DNA of 64,000 nt from Acidobacteriota bacterium (GCA_036507075.1 DASXQR010000221.1:1-64000); one strand, 5' to 3'; shown: positions 9,891-21,294, counted from the first letter of the stretch. The notes: a model not told the origin generated them from the sequence alone. Program-made: numbers and translations.

Positions 9891-11120
9891 TTACACAATT
9901 CTCGGCTGTGGGATTGGGATGATGAATCGACCGCCCTTCTGCTGATAAATTTCCTGCTGCCTTAAAATCTCATCCGCAAAATTCCAAGCCAGAAGCAAAA
10001 CATAATCGGGCATTTCTTCAAGAAGACGAGTTGGTGGAGAAATCTGTAAATGATTGCCACCCATATACCTGCCATGTTTAAAGCCATTCAAGTCAACTAC
10101 ATAATCTACGAGGCTCTTGTTAATTCCGCAGTAGCTCAGCAATGTGGTTGCTTTTGCAGCAGCTCCATATGCGGCGATTCTCTTGCCTGTTCGTTTGAGG
10201 TCCCAGAGGAGGTCCATCAGTGAACTCCGGATCTCTCGGACGCGTTCGGCGAAATCACGATAGTAATCGATTTGACCCATCCCTTTTTTGGTCTCCTCCT
10301 GCAGCAACAGCCGAACGGAATCAGTCACCGCCTCCCTGGGCTCGACAAACAGCCGGAGGGAACCTCCATGGATAGGGACGTGCCTAACCGCATTGAGATA
10401 GAGAGAATGGCTTCTGAAGAGCCGGTTGAGCGCAGTAACCGAAAAATAGCAAAGATGTTGATGATAAATGGTGTCGAATTCGCAACTTTCGATCAGATTA
10501 ATCAGGTATGGCACCTCGATGACCGCCACGCCCGTATCCTTCAAGATGGTCCTGATTCCTTCCACAAAGCCGTTGAGATCTGGAACATGGGCCAAAACGT
10601 TGTTGGCGATCACTACATCGGCCACGCGGCCTTCGCTTCGAAGTTGTGCAGCAAGTTCTCGGGTGAAGAATCTGCAAAGTGTCGGAATCCCTTCTTTTTG
10701 GGCAGCTTGAACCGGAGCTTGAGCCGGGTCAATTCCCAGAACCGGGATCCCACTTCCTACGAAATTTCTGAGCATGTAACCGTCGTTGCTGGCAATTTCA
10801 ACAACCATACTGTTTGAATCGAGCCCTCTCGATCGGATCAATTCCAGCGCATTTTCCCGTGAGTGCTGGAGTAGCGCGCTGGAAACGGAGGAGAAATAGG
10901 GATAATCCTCGCAGAATAGGATTTCCGGAGGTACTGTTTCCGTGATCTGAACCAACGTGCAATTCGGGCAAAATACCAGATCCAGCGGAGCGGTCAACTC
11001 CTGCTGTTCCAATTGCAGCTCAGTAACGAGGCGATCGGCTAAAGGGGTATTGCCAAAGGACAAAATTGGCTGCAGGTTTCCATAGTCACACGAGCGACAG
11101 CTAGACATTGAATTTGTCAT
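9891..11120 (-). CDS. NDP-hexose 3-C-methyltransferase family protein (copy 1)
   Basis: CRSC...[45 protein letters not shown]. Start refined to ATG 11120 (GGAGGG RBS). Confidence 0.88.
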   Translation of the reverse strand: MTNSMSSCRSCDYGNLQPILSFGNTPLADRLVTELQLEQQELTAPLDLVFCPNCTLVQITETVPPEILFCEDYPYFSSVSSALLQHSRENALELIRSRGLDSNSMVVEIASNDGYMLRNFVGSGIPVLGIDPAQAPVQAAQKEGIPTLCRFFTRELAAQLRSEGRVADVVIANNVLAHVPDLNGFVEGIRTILKDTGVAVIEVPYLINLIESCEFDTIYHQHLCYFSVTALNRLFRSHSLYLNAVRHVPIHGGSLRLFVEPREAVTDSVRLLLQEETKKGMGQIDYYRDFAERVREIRSSLMDLLWDLKRTGKRIAAYGAAAKATTLLSYCGINKSLVDYVVDLNGFKHGRYMGGNHLQISPPTRLLEEMPDYVLLLAWNFADEILRQQEIYQQKGGRFIIPIPQPRIV

Positions 11121-11122
11121 CG

Positions 11123-12187
11123 TCAAATCCCTCCAATAGCGGCGCCGGTTGCTGCGGCCGCTCTCCCGGTCCACCGCAAAGTGGGATCCAAACGACCAAT
11201 ACGGATTAAATGCTTAATATGGTCAAGCCGCCTGTACCGAATGCCCTCAAAATCCCCCAGCCGCAACCCGACCTTCTGAAAAGCTGCGTATAATTGTCTC
11301 GCCCCCTTTTGGGCGGTCCACTGCGGTTTGAATTGGGCAAGGGTACGAGGCAATTTACTGCAATCAACTCGATAGCATCGTTTGTCTGGCCCTGCGTCTT
11401 TTGCATACTCCACGTGGCAACCCGTCACCGTTTCCCGTACAATCTCAGCCAGATCTCGGATTTGATAATTCTCTTCGCTAAGGCCCACGTTAAAAGCCTC
11501 ATTGTGCACCACGTCTCGAGGAGCGTGAAGTGCTGCGATAAAGGCGCGCGAGATATCCTCAATGTGAACAATTGGGCGCCAAGGTGTGCCGTCGCTCTTA
11601 ATGTGCACCCGACCGGTAGTGAACGCCCACGCCACCAGATTATTAAGTACCAGGTCGAAGCGTAAACGTGGCGATAATCCGTATGCGGTTGCATTACGCA
11701 GAAAAGTCGGACTGAATCTGGAGTCCGCAAGGCGCGACAGGTCGCGCTCTACCAGAACTTTTGAATGTCCATACGGCGTAACAGGCCTGAATTCAGCTTG
11801 CTCGTTTATCATGTTTTCACCCGAGGCACCATACGTGCTGCAGGAAGATGAAAAAAGGAAGCGTGTGACCCCCGCCCTTTTGGCAAACCTTGCCAGACGC
11901 ACTGAAGCTGCATAATTAATCTCGTAAGTCAGCTGCGGATCAAGATCTCCCAGTGGATCATTTGAGAGGCCGGCCAGATGAATTATGGCGTCAAAGCCAT
12001 CCAAATCGGCCGCCTGAACGTCCCGCACATCCTTTTTCAGCGCTGGAACATTGACAATTGCGTCTCCAAAGGTGCACTGCTCATAAAGATCACTGTCCAA
12101 ACCAACCACATCATGACCTTCGGCTACCAGCATAGGTACCATCACGGTGCCGATATAACCCGTGTGCCCTGTGACAAGAATACGCAT
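11123..12187 (-). CDS. NAD-dependent NDP-sugar epimerase/dehydratase (extended SDR)
   Basis: [26 protein letters not shown]. Start refined to ATG 12187, just after the rfbF stop. Confidence 0.88.
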   Translation of the reverse strand: MRILVTGHTGYIGTVMVPMLVAEGHDVVGLDSDLYEQCTFGDAIVNVPALKKDVRDVQAADLDGFDAIIHLAGLSNDPLGDLDPQLTYEINYAASVRLARFAKRAGVTRFLFSSSCSTYGASGENMINEQAEFRPVTPYGHSKVLVERDLSRLADSRFSPTFLRNATAYGLSPRLRFDLVLNNLVAWAFTTGRVHIKSDGTPWRPIVHIEDISRAFIAALHAPRDVVHNEAFNVGLSEENYQIRDLAEIVRETVTGCHVEYAKDAGPDKRCYRVDCSKLPRTLAQFKPQWTAQKGARQLYAAFQKVGLRLGDFEGIRYRRLDHIKHLIRIGRLDPTLRWTGRAAAATGAAIGGI

Positions 12188-12189
12188 GG

Positions 12190-12960
12190 CTACCCCCAGA
12201 TTCTCCACGGTGCAGTACCATCCTGCCAGAAGTTTTCCAATAGTCGCTTGTCGCGCAACGTGTCCATACACTGCCAGAAAGAAGTGTGTCGATAGGCCAT
12301 CAACTGGCCATCCTTCGCCAGTCTTTCAAGCGGTTCCTTTTCCCATTGCGTGTCGTCACCCTCGATAAAATCAAACACACCTGGTTCTAAGACGAAGAAA
12401 GCGCCGTTTATCCAACCCTCTTTCGTTTGTGGCTTTTCAGAAAATTCCAGTACTCGCCCACCATTAATCTGCAGGTGGCCAAAGCGTGCCGGTGGCCGAA
12501 CCGCTGTCAAAGTGGCTAATTTGCCGTGAGAGCGATGAAAGGCCAGCAGATCATGTAGATTTAGATCCGAAACACCGTCCCCCCAGGTAAGCATAAACGT
12601 GTCATTCCCCAGATAAGGTGCAAGGCGTTTAATGCGGCCGCCGGTTAGGGTGGTGATTCCGGTGTCTATCAACTCGATATTCCAATCGAGGTGAGGGCCA
12701 TCGTGGACCCTCACGTCACCATTGCGCAAGCAAACCGTCAGGTTGCTATGGAGAGAACTATAGTCGACAATGTACTTCTTAATCACTTCGCCCTTATAAC
12801 CGAGAGCGATTACAAAGTCCTTGAAACCATAGTGGGAATAATGCATCATGATGTGCCATAGAATCGGTTGCCCGCCAATTTCCACCATCGGCTTCGGCCT
12901 TATCTCGGTCTCCTCCGCGAGACGCGTGCCGACGCCTCCAGCAAGGATTGCTACTTTCAT
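12190..12960 (-). CDS. rfbF: Glucose-1-phosphate cytidylyltransferase
   Basis: ILAGGVGTRLAEET..PKPMVEIG, TGGRIKR, WINGAFFV, FWQCMDTLRD; AAGGAGG RBS. Confidence 0.93.
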   Translation of the reverse strand: MKVAILAGGVGTRLAEETEIRPKPMVEIGGQPILWHIMMHYSHYGFKDFVIALGYKGEVIKKYIVDYSSLHSNLTVCLRNGDVRVHDGPHLDWNIELIDTGITTLTGGRIKRLAPYLGNDTFMLTWGDGVSDLNLHDLLAFHRSHGKLATLTAVRPPARFGHLQINGGRVLEFSEKPQTKEGWINGAFFVLEPGVFDFIEGDDTQWEKEPLERLAKDGQLMAYRHTSFWQCMDTLRDKRLLENFWQDGTAPWRIWG

Positions 12961-13302
12961 TCGTTACCTCCTTTCATTAAGATCACAAACTTTTGAATTT
13001 TTCGCCCCCCCGCAGATCGGCGATGAAGGACAAAGATTTGGCATAGCAGTGGAACACTTGCGCAAGTGCGGCTGGGAATTAGCTAGGAAATTTATCGGCT
13101 ACTGTCGGCAGAACAACGGGATATGAATTGGCGCGGCAGTGTTTGACCCTTATCTCGCAAACCGTCACTGATGCGAGACGCAGGAATGGCCCGTTATCCT
13201 GCGTAGCGTTCATGTCAGCCAAAAATCACATGGGGAGAGCAGCTCAGCCTCAGGAGACACTTCCTGTTGTGCGGTGAACCTCGTCCGGCACGGTATCACT
13301 CT

Positions 13303-14658
13303 TCAGGCCAGCGCATGCATCTCTGTTCTTGCTCCAGCGGTCGCACAAGCGGCCGAATCGCCGATGTCATTAAAAAGATTCAGCACAGCGTCCTTGACCT
13401 CTGGTATTCTCTGCTCCAGTCGCCTTCGCAACAGATCCCTGTTCTGGTAAGCCTCAGCGACCATGTTCAATATCTCCGCCTTTCCCATCCGGCGTGGGTC
13501 TGCCACCAGAGATTCCATTTCTATGGTTTGCATCACTCCAAGGAATTTCCCGCTGTATGCTATCGCGACGGCGGGAATGTTTTGTGACAGGGCACCAATA
13601 CATGCATGCATTCTTGACCCAATGAAGAAATCGCACAAACCGATGACGTACTTTATTTCACTCTGGTCGTAAGATCCCCGTGGCAGAAACAATCGGCCGG
13701 GATATCTGTGTTTAAGGGACTCGAATATCGTGGCACAAACCACGGAATCACTCTCTGGCCCGGCCGGCGGGGAGAAAACGTGAGGAATGAGGATGACGGC
13801 GACGTTTTTTGCAAGAAGCAATGACGCGATCAGATCATGCACCAGGTCACTGTAGTCAGTTCTCAGTCCAAAGATATTATCTCCGGTCTGGCCGCTGTTG
13901 AAGAGAAGCCCACTCACGTTTAGGCCTATGATGTGGAGCCTGCGGTCGACGGCTCTACCGACATCTTGCAGCTCCAGCAGAGCAGGTCGTACAGGATCAA
14001 GCACGAAACCGAGATCGTAGCAAAATCTTAGCTTGTCGCTGTGATCCCGGAGGAGTTTGGTAATTTCGGTCGCACCCATAAAATCTCTGGAATAGACAAC
14101 GCTGCTGCGCTTCAAAATATATCTTGCCAGGACCCTAACTATCCTGGAGCGAAACGGTCCGAATGTCTGCGGCAGTAAAACCAGCTGTTTGCCCAGCAGC
14201 AGGGCCAGCACCTGGGGCAGCGCCACGTAGAAAAATCGGCCATGCCCGTAGATGTCGCTAAAGCTGTCGCCTCCTGCCAAAGAGCCCACGATGTCAGCCT
14301 CATTTAATAAGTTGAGGCAAGGATTCGCGCTTATGAGCTTATTTCTGATCTGCTGGAAAGGCAAAAATCTTAATAGCCAAGCCAGTAGAGTCAAGAATGC
14401 GATATTGTTGGTCAAAAAGAAACGTTTCGAAAATCTCATATTAACTAACCGGATCGGTATCGCTCTACCGTCGACAGTAATGGTATAAGTTGCGCCGACC
14501 AGGCCATAATCCAACAGGCAAATTACGGCAGTAGGAAATTGAGTCAGAATGCATTTGATCGTGGCGGCCGTCAGGGCACTGACACCCATATTGCCAGTAG
14601 TAAAACTGGCGCCCAGTAGGCAAACTTTCAGATGCTGCCGGTTGTCCTCGCTGCGCAT
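13303..14658 (-). CDS. Polysaccharide pyruvyl transferase family protein (WcaK-like)
   Basis: GNMGVSAL, GGDSFSDIYG, LPQTFGPF, SRD, IGSRMHACI, IAYSGKF. Confidence 0.88.
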   Translation of the reverse strand: MRSEDNRQHLKVCLLGASFTTGNMGVSALTAATIKCILTQFPTAVICLLDYGLVGATYTITVDGRAIPIRLVNMRFSKRFFLTNNIAFLTLLAWLLRFLPFQQIRNKLISANPCLNLLNEADIVGSLAGGDSFSDIYGHGRFFYVALPQVLALLLGKQLVLLPQTFGPFRSRIVRVLARYILKRSSVVYSRDFMGATEITKLLRDHSDKLRFCYDLGFVLDPVRPALLELQDVGRAVDRRLHIIGLNVSGLLFNSGQTGDNIFGLRTDYSDLVHDLIASLLLAKNVAVILIPHVFSPPAGPESDSVVCATIFESLKHRYPGRLFLPRGSYDQSEIKYVIGLCDFFIGSRMHACIGALSQNIPAVAIAYSGKFLGVMQTIEMESLVADPRRMGKAEILNMVAEAYQNRDLLRRRLEQRIPEVKDAVLNLFNDIGDSAACATAGARTEMHALA

Positions 14659-14690
14659 GTACTGTCTTTTACCGGAATATTTGTGCCGGC

Positions 14691-16091
14691 CTAGTAAGGT
14701 GGGCCGTCTCGCCTGTATTTCTGAGGAGATGAGAAATACGGATAACTCGGCGGTCGATGACCCGCAAACGTCGATTGTGACCTACTCTTGGCAGCAGTTT
14801 GCAATTGTGCTGAGGTCGCCTGAGCTGAAGAGTATTGCAAACTCAGTGTCCGGGTAGCTATGGAGATAATAGCCAATAGGAGATACCAAATCACGACTAT
14901 CTGGTCAAAATATGATACGGACAGAAACGAGGTCACGTGGGCAAATAACGAAGCTCCCATAGCCCACAGTAATAGCCGCTCATGAATCAATTCGTCTTTT
15001 ATTACAGCAAGCGCCCGGCCAAGATTTCGAAAAGAAAGCGCAATGATTGCAATAAATAAGATCATCGTCGGCAGTCCACCATCCACGCCTTCAAGGATAT
15101 ACTGATTTGTAACATCAAAGAGATTCCCGCCCCACTGTGCCGTGGATTTCGTACCGATCAACCACCACTCATCAAGATGGGCGATGGCCCGATCGATTAG
15201 GAATGCGCGGTGCCAGCCCGTAGAGGCAGCGAACGCACCGACGCGCGCAATTAAGAACCAGACCGGCACCTTCATAACCAGGTGGAGTGCGATGACCGTA
15301 AACAGCAATCCCCAGCGAATAGCGCGCATATGCCGCTGCAGGGGCCACATGGCCAGGCACAACATTCCAAACAAGTATGCCATCACGGGCCCGCTCGATG
15401 ATGAGGTTAGTGTGATAATCGTCGCCGAAATGATACCTATTGCTCCAATGAACCTGCGAGACCACAGGAGACCGACAAACAAAGGCGCCAGCGTGGCGCC
15501 AAACGTCCCGGCCAGGATGGGGTGTGTAAAGGGCCCTTGACAGCGCAGACGTCCGTCGCGCACCACAGTGGTTTCAGACACTCCACCAAATGCAGCGAAC
15601 GCATTCGTCCCTGTCGTTTTCTCGATCAGCATCGCAATTGCCAGCGGCACAATTAAGATGGCAAGGAGTTTCAATGCCCGTTCGATGTCCTTTGAATCTC
15701 GAATAAGAAGTTGAAATAAGAAATACAGACCTAGGGCATTGAACGCCAGCCCAAGCCGGTTGATCAGCGCCTCAGATGTCTGCCACAAGAGAGTGTAGGT
15801 AAGGATGCTCGAGACCACCCACCAAATCACCACTTTGGCTATTGCACCCAGTCGGATCGCCGATATCTCGCCCCGCACAATCAATCTGATCCAACCAAAA
15901 ACTATCATTATTCGGATCATCGTGAAATCAAGCCCCGCGACCAGGACCCGTTGCCCCAGCGTCATATAACAGGTGATAACGACTATAGGGACGAGCGCCA
16001 GTCGCCGTGGCAGGAGCAGCATAAGGGCTCCCATCGCCACTGTAAACCACAGCCCCAGCGGAGAGATGAAGGTCGTTCCATCGGTGATCAT
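14691..16091 (-). CDS. Wzy polymerase / O-antigen ligase family membrane protein
   Basis: Many TM segments, RCQGPFTHPILAG, SSSSGP, DVTNQY. Start refined to ATG 16091 (GGAGGA RBS). Confidence 0.8.
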   Translation of the reverse strand: MITDGTTFISPLGLWFTVAMGALMLLLPRRLALVPIVVITCYMTLGQRVLVAGLDFTMIRIMIVFGWIRLIVRGEISAIRLGAIAKVVIWWVVSSILTYTLLWQTSEALINRLGLAFNALGLYFLFQLLIRDSKDIERALKLLAILIVPLAIAMLIEKTTGTNAFAAFGGVSETTVVRDGRLRCQGPFTHPILAGTFGATLAPLFVGLLWSRRFIGAIGIISATIITLTSSSSGPVMAYLFGMLCLAMWPLQRHMRAIRWGLLFTVIALHLVMKVPVWFLIARVGAFAASTGWHRAFLIDRAIAHLDEWWLIGTKSTAQWGGNLFDVTNQYILEGVDGGLPTMILFIAIIALSFRNLGRALAVIKDELIHERLLLWAMGASLFAHVTSFLSVSYFDQIVVIWYLLLAIISIATRTLSLQYSSAQATSAQLQTAAKSRSQSTFAGHRPPSYPYFSSPQKYRRDGPPY

Positions 16092-16102
16092 GGATCCTCC
16101 GC

Positions 16103-18091
16103 TTACTCTAGGGCGCATAACCGGGCCTGCTGCACGGGAGTTGCGCAACCCCCTGCTACTCGGTCGGCAGCGGCCACTGCAGTGCCAAGTGGAATGGAGC
16201 GGCCAGGTGTGGATCGCTGCGACAGGAACTGCTGGTGCCACAGCTCAAGAGAGATCAACAGATAAATGTGCCTCAAATAGTCTTCCTTGTTCTGATCGTG
16301 CAACTTCACAATCTCCCTGATATACTTTTGATCAAAATACTTATTTATAGCCGCCGATTCAGTCAGCAGGCAATCACCCAGATACTGCCGCATCTGCTTG
16401 CGAAGCCAGGTGCCCACTGGATTGGCAAAGCCCTTCTTTTTTCTGTATACGACGGCGCGCGGTAGATATTTCTCAATCGCCTTCTTGTGCAAATACTTGC
16501 CTTGAAGCCCCTTCAATTTTAGATTGGAAGGAATCGTCTCGATGAATTCCACCAGCCGCACATCCAGGAAGGGCACCCTTGCTTCTATCGAATTTGTCAT
16601 CGATGTTTTATCGTTGACCATTAACAAATCGTCGGGTAGGCTGGCGCGTGTGTCTATATAGAGCATTTGGGCCAAAGCATCGAGGTTTTCGACGTCGCTT
16701 TGTAGTCTGCGGAGAGTATCCTTGGCGTGGACACCATTGCGAGAAATCTCGTCCTTCAGCCAACCCTTAAAAAGCTTCTCCTTCATAGCCGGGCTGTAAA
16801 AGGAATAGATCTTGGTGAATCGCGTCAAAATGTCGCGCTCCCCTAGTGCTATGGCTCCACGTTTCAAGCGTTCATTTCTGGGCAGGGTCTGGACCAGCTT
16901 CTTGAAAATGTGGTCCGTGAGGAAATTCGGCAACCGAGTGTAGATGTTAGAAAGCTGAACCCCCATGTACCTGTGATATCCTGCCCAGGGCTCATCGGCT
17001 CCTTGCCCAGTCAGTGCAACTTTCACCTTTTCACTTGCAATCATGCTGACGAAATAGAAGGCCGCAGCGGTTTCATTGCCGACGGGTTCTTCAAGGTCCC
17101 ACAAGTAGCGCTGATAGTAATGTTCATAATCCTTGGGACTCACAATCATTTCCGTATGATTTGCGCCAAACCGGCGGGCGAGGTCACGGGCGTCGTCGGT
17201 TTCATTGGTTTGGTTGCCATCCTCAAAACCGATCGTAAAAGTGTAAACAGGGTTGGGGACCGATCGCGCCATTATGGCGAGAAGGGCGCCTGAATCGATA
17301 CCGGAACTGAGGAAGAGACCCACGGGAACGTCGCTTCGGAGCTGCAATTTCACCGCGTCCTCCAATAACCATTGGTAAGTCTCGATGAATTGACTCTCGC
17401 TCTGATCGTTCCTAGGGCCAGGCTTCGAGTTCCAATATCGCTTAATTTCACATCCATTGGAGCACACCACCATTAAGTGTCCCGGGGACAACTTCTTAAT
17501 TCCCTTGAACAGTGTATTTGGCGATGGCACATAGCGGAAGGTGAAGAGGTCGGCAAGAGCATTGATATCGACTTCCCTTGGACACTCCTTTTCGGCCAGG
17601 AGAGACTTGATTTCTGAAGCAAATAAGAGCTTAGTCCCAAGCCAGGTATAATACAACGGCTTGATTCCCAGGTGGTCCCGGGCCAGGACCAGCCGGCCGA
17701 GGTTACTGTCCCAGAGAGCGAATGCGAACATTCCATTGAAATGGCTGACGCAGTCCAGGCCCCACTCCTCATACCCATGAATGATTACCTCTGTGTCTGA
17801 CCTGGTCTTGAAGCAGTGTCCCTTCTTCTCAAGCTCGTTTCTTAATTCAATGAAATTATAAATCTCACCGTTGAAGACCACCTGAAGCCGATTATCCTCA
17901 TTGCTGATCGGTTGCGATCCGCCTTCAAGATCAATAATGCTGAGCCGTCTGTGCCCCAATCCTATGGGCCCGGCAATATAAGTACCGCTTCCGTCCGGAC
18001 CACGATGCGTCATTGCCAACGTCATTTGGCAAAGCAGTTCCTGCTGGACTGGCTCGCCCGCCTGACTATAGATTCCGCAGATGCCGCACAT
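16103..18091 (-). CDS. asnB: Asparagine synthase (glutamine-hydrolysing)-type amidotransferase, probably acting on sugar carboxyl groups
   Basis: True start MCGICG (Ntn Cys), overlapping the upstream stop (TAATG); HRGPDG, RDHLGIKPLYY, LSSGIDS, GQGADE, EARVPFLD. Confidence 0.92.
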   Translation of the reverse strand: MCGICGIYSQAGEPVQQELLCQMTLAMTHRGPDGSGTYIAGPIGLGHRRLSIIDLEGGSQPISNEDNRLQVVFNGEIYNFIELRNELEKKGHCFKTRSDTEVIIHGYEEWGLDCVSHFNGMFAFALWDSNLGRLVLARDHLGIKPLYYTWLGTKLLFASEIKSLLAEKECPREVDINALADLFTFRYVPSPNTLFKGIKKLSPGHLMVVCSNGCEIKRYWNSKPGPRNDQSESQFIETYQWLLEDAVKLQLRSDVPVGLFLSSGIDSGALLAIMARSVPNPVYTFTIGFEDGNQTNETDDARDLARRFGANHTEMIVSPKDYEHYYQRYLWDLEEPVGNETAAAFYFVSMIASEKVKVALTGQGADEPWAGYHRYMGVQLSNIYTRLPNFLTDHIFKKLVQTLPRNERLKRGAIALGERDILTRFTKIYSFYSPAMKEKLFKGWLKDEISRNGVHAKDTLRRLQSDVENLDALAQMLYIDTRASLPDDLLMVNDKTSMTNSIEARVPFLDVRLVEFIETIPSNLKLKGLQGKYLHKKAIEKYLPRAVVYRKKKGFANPVGTWLRKQMRQYLGDCLLTESAAINKYFDQKYIREIVKLHDQNKEDYLRHIYLLISLELWHQQFLSQRSTPGRSIPLGTAVAAADRVAGGCATPVQQARLCALE

Positions 18092-19014
18092 TATGCCGAC
18101 TCCGCTGTGTCGGATCGATGGCTTGACAGCAGAAGTAGATTTCTGACCGTATTCAAGATCCTTCTCTTCTGCAGCCATCTGTAAAATTCGGCCTCCGGAG
18201 GAGTAACTAAAAGCGCCTTTCCCCCCGCGGCCGCCTTCAAAAAGCCGAAAATCATCATTAGGCCGCCAATTAAGATTGGCTTCCCAAACACCAGCCGATG
18301 CGCGGCCTTCAGACAGAAGAATAATCTGCTCCCGCCCGTCAAATAAAATATCTCGCCATGCATAATGTTAGTCTGACAATAACCCATGCCTGAGCCCTCG
18401 TTTTTAAGATGAAGGAACCTGACATCCTTAAAGTGACATGTTTTCCATCCACGATGCTGCGCCCTTATCTCATCAACAGTATCCCAGCCTGGTGTTGTCA
18501 AGAAACCTCCTATGTCCTCAAAACATCTTCTTCTCACCATCCTGGCCGCACCTGCGGCATGGTAGTAGGGCAAATTAACAGGCTGCCAGCCCTTCCCGTG
18601 GTCCTCCAGGTAAATGCCGGAAGCTATCCCCAACTGCGGATCTTCGTTGAATTTTGTCAGCATCTTTTCAAAATATTCGTCCTCTAAAATCAGATCTCCA
18701 TCAAGCTTTATGAGGAAATCAAAATCTAGATTTCTAACCAGGTTATACCCTATATAGAATGCCAGCGCCTCGGCAGAACCAAGTTTACGGCCGGATCCCC
18801 GCCTCGTCGTTATGAGCTCTATCCAGGTAAACTCTCTGCTGAACGAGGAGACAATCTCACTTGTGTTGTCCTGCGAATCATCATCAACTATGACCCAACA
18901 GATAGGTTTAACAGTTTGACGGATTAGAGAAGTGATCGTGTCCCTTATGTATCTTCCCTCATCCTTCACGGGCGAGACGATCACAAACCTGGAAGGCGAT
19001 TCACAATTAGCCAT
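18091..19014 (-). CDS. Glycosyltransferase family 2
   Basis: IVSPVKDEG, VIVDDDSQD, LDGD, GWDTVDE. Confidence 0.88.
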   Translation of the reverse strand: MANCESPSRFVIVSPVKDEGRYIRDTITSLIRQTVKPICWVIVDDDSQDNTSEIVSSFSREFTWIELITTRRGSGRKLGSAEALAFYIGYNLVRNLDFDFLIKLDGDLILEDEYFEKMLTKFNEDPQLGIASGIYLEDHGKGWQPVNLPYYHAAGAARMVRRRCFEDIGGFLTTPGWDTVDEIRAQHRGWKTCHFKDVRFLHLKNEGSGMGYCQTNIMHGEIFYLTGGSRLFFCLKAAHRLVFGKPILIGGLMMIFGFLKAAAGGKALLVTPPEAEFYRWLQKRRILNTVRNLLLLSSHRSDTAESA

Positions 19015-19876
19015 GTGACTTTACCATCGCTGAATAAGTTGCTCGCACGAATTTCTCCCCGTACTGGAGTTTATGAATCCAATCATAGCTGCCGTCGAGT
19101 TTAGCCCTAAAGAAACAGATATCGTCAAATGAATTCACAGGCAGCCGTTTAAGCGAAAACGGATTATCCTTTCCGCTAGCTGTCCCCACGATAGTCGTCA
19201 CGCCATTTGTATAACCAGTTCTGCGAAGAATTTCGTTCAGCTCCGCTCTAAATTTCTTGTTGGTCTCAGGATATGCGTAGGGATAGGCGAAGGATTGCAC
19301 GCCCATGCCGGTCTCGTCCTCGATCTTGGACTTAGACTCCCTGATTTCATATTCCAAACTATCCCTTGTTAAGGTGGTTAGCCGCGAATGACTGACCGTG
19401 TGCGATCCAAAACGGATACCTCTGTCAGTCAATGCACGCACTTCAGGCCACGTTAGGCAGCAGCGCTGCTTAAACTTGGCTCGGCTATTGTTGATATACC
19501 GAGTCGGCAGAAAAACGGTCGCCGTGAAGCCATATCTGTCCATAATTGGTACGGCGGCGGTGTAAAAATCCTGATAACCATCATCAAACGTTAAGGCGAC
19601 GTATCTCTTGTTTGGATCGGTCCCTGTCTGAACCAGCTGCGCGGCATCCGCCAGGTTGATGACGCAGTATGCGTTGTCAAAGAGAAATTTCATGTGGGCA
19701 TGAAAGATGCGAGGTGCCGTCACAACGTCGTAGTATGAGCAGCCGGCGTCACTGTTCCCTTGGGAAATGCTGTGGTACATCAATATTGGAATCCGTACTC
19801 CGTTAGGCACCATCCGCGGTATCAGCCGATTGAAAAACCAGAGTGTGGCGAAACGATCAAAACGCGGCATCGACAT
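19007..19876 (-). CDS. Polysaccharide deacetylase (CE4/NodB)
   Basis: PILMYH, LTFDDGY, GSHTVSH, FAYPY. Confidence 0.9.
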   Translation of the reverse strand: MSMPRFDRFATLWFFNRLIPRMVPNGVRIPILMYHSISQGNSDAGCSYYDVVTAPRIFHAHMKFLFDNAYCVINLADAAQLVQTGTDPNKRYVALTFDDGYQDFYTAAVPIMDRYGFTATVFLPTRYINNSRAKFKQRCCLTWPEVRALTDRGIRFGSHTVSHSRLTTLTRDSLEYEIRESKSKIEDETGMGVQSFAYPYAYPETNKKFRAELNEILRRTGYTNGVTTIVGTASGKDNPFSLKRLPVNSFDDICFFRAKLDGSYDWIHKLQYGEKFVRATYSAMVKSHG

Positions 19877-19985
19877 TCAAATCCCGCAGCGGTCGGTGGG
19901 GCGTTTCACAGAGACCTTTGCGACCCGCTTTCTTCCGGAGATACCGTACCGAGGGTGGTCCCGAAACACACTAATCATAAGGCGA

Positions 19986-21245
19986 TTACAGACCTCCGGT
20001 ATTGCATTGTCCGGTGTTTGATCGTGAATCCGACTTCAATTCGGTTATACCTTTAGTGGCACGGCGGACCGGGTGCACGGCGCCGATAGAGGCAAGCCTA
20101 TCGATCAGAGAGATATATTCATGCCTCTTGACTTCCCAGTTATTCTGCCGGATGAACTCCAGACCGCGGTCTACCAGCTGTCGTCTCAGCGTCCCATCGT
20201 TGCTCAGCAAAAGCATGCTCTCCGCTAAGCTATCGACGTTGCCCGCCTCAAAAAACCTCACGATCGCGTCATTGAAATAATACCTGTCCACTCTTGTAGC
20301 CGGCACAATTACAGGGATACCGAGTGCCATGAACTCGAGTATCTTGGTACTGAAGGCCTCGTCACCGAATGACGAGGCTCTTTTGGGTACCACCCCTATG
20401 GCCGCGCTAGCCATGACATCTGCAATTTCCTCTATCGGCAGAAATGTCTTAAAAAGCACCTTGTCCTGCAATCCCAATTTCGCAGCGAGGTTGATCAAGG
20501 ATGTCTTTTCGGCACCTTCACCATAGATGTGGAACTCAGCTTGAGGGATTTCTTCTCTGATCGCCGCAAAGGCCCTGATTGCGATGTCGAGTCCCTGATG
20601 CCAGTTGAGTGTGCCTGGGTAGATCATTATGAAGCTCGTACCTTTTTTGCCAGCCTGACGGCCGTGAAAGATGGAAGGATCCGGATAATTCAGCACGACC
20701 GAGCACTTGTTCTCCGGAACAGAGCGGGTAATCAGTCTCTCTTTCCAGAGGTGGTTTGAGACGATCACATGGTCTGAAAATGCGGCTGCGAGCCGCTCGA
20801 CCAGGATTAGGAGTCTAAAAACAAGCGAAGTGTTACTGACATTAAACTTGCTGGCGTAAAATTCCGGAACTATATCGTGAATATCGAGAATGACTTTCGA
20901 CCGTGTCAGCTTGGGCAAAAGCGCTGCAAACACCTCAAAGTCCGGCACCGAATGGACGTGGATGAGGTCATAGGGCCTTATCAAATGTTGTTTCGCAAGA
21001 AATACAGCAGAGTTCACGAAAAATCGCAGTAGTCTGATGAGGTAGGATAGTGCCTGCTTTTCATTGACCACTCTCTGTTGGATGCGATAAACGTTTACTT
21101 GCTTTAACACTTCATAGCGGCCTTGCCCCTGTCTCCTCAAGGCTATGACATCGACATGGTCCCCTCTCTTCGCGAGAGTCTCCGCATACCGCCGCACGCG
21201 GTTGTCATTCTCATAGAATGTATAGGCAAGCATGCAGACTCTCAT
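19986..21245 (-). CDS. Glycosyltransferase family 4
   Basis: DNRVRR, DIHD, FSTKILEFMALGIPV (GT-B signature). Confidence 0.9.
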   Translation of the reverse strand: MRVCMLAYTFYENDNRVRRYAETLAKRGDHVDVIALRRQGQGRYEVLKQVNVYRIQQRVVNEKQALSYLIRLLRFFVNSAVFLAKQHLIRPYDLIHVHSVPDFEVFAALLPKLTRSKVILDIHDIVPEFYASKFNVSNTSLVFRLLILVERLAAAFSDHVIVSNHLWKERLITRSVPENKCSVVLNYPDPSIFHGRQAGKKGTSFIMIYPGTLNWHQGLDIAIRAFAAIREEIPQAEFHIYGEGAEKTSLINLAAKLGLQDKVLFKTFLPIEEIADVMASAAIGVVPKRASSFGDEAFSTKILEFMALGIPVIVPATRVDRYYFNDAIVRFFEAGNVDSLAESMLLLSNDGTLRRQLVDRGLEFIRQNNWEVKRHEYISLIDRLASIGAVHPVRRATKGITELKSDSRSNTGQCNTGGL

Positions 21246-21294
21246 GTGAAATCTGATGGAATTGGCTCTGCTGGCGCAACAACGGTAGCGCGGA

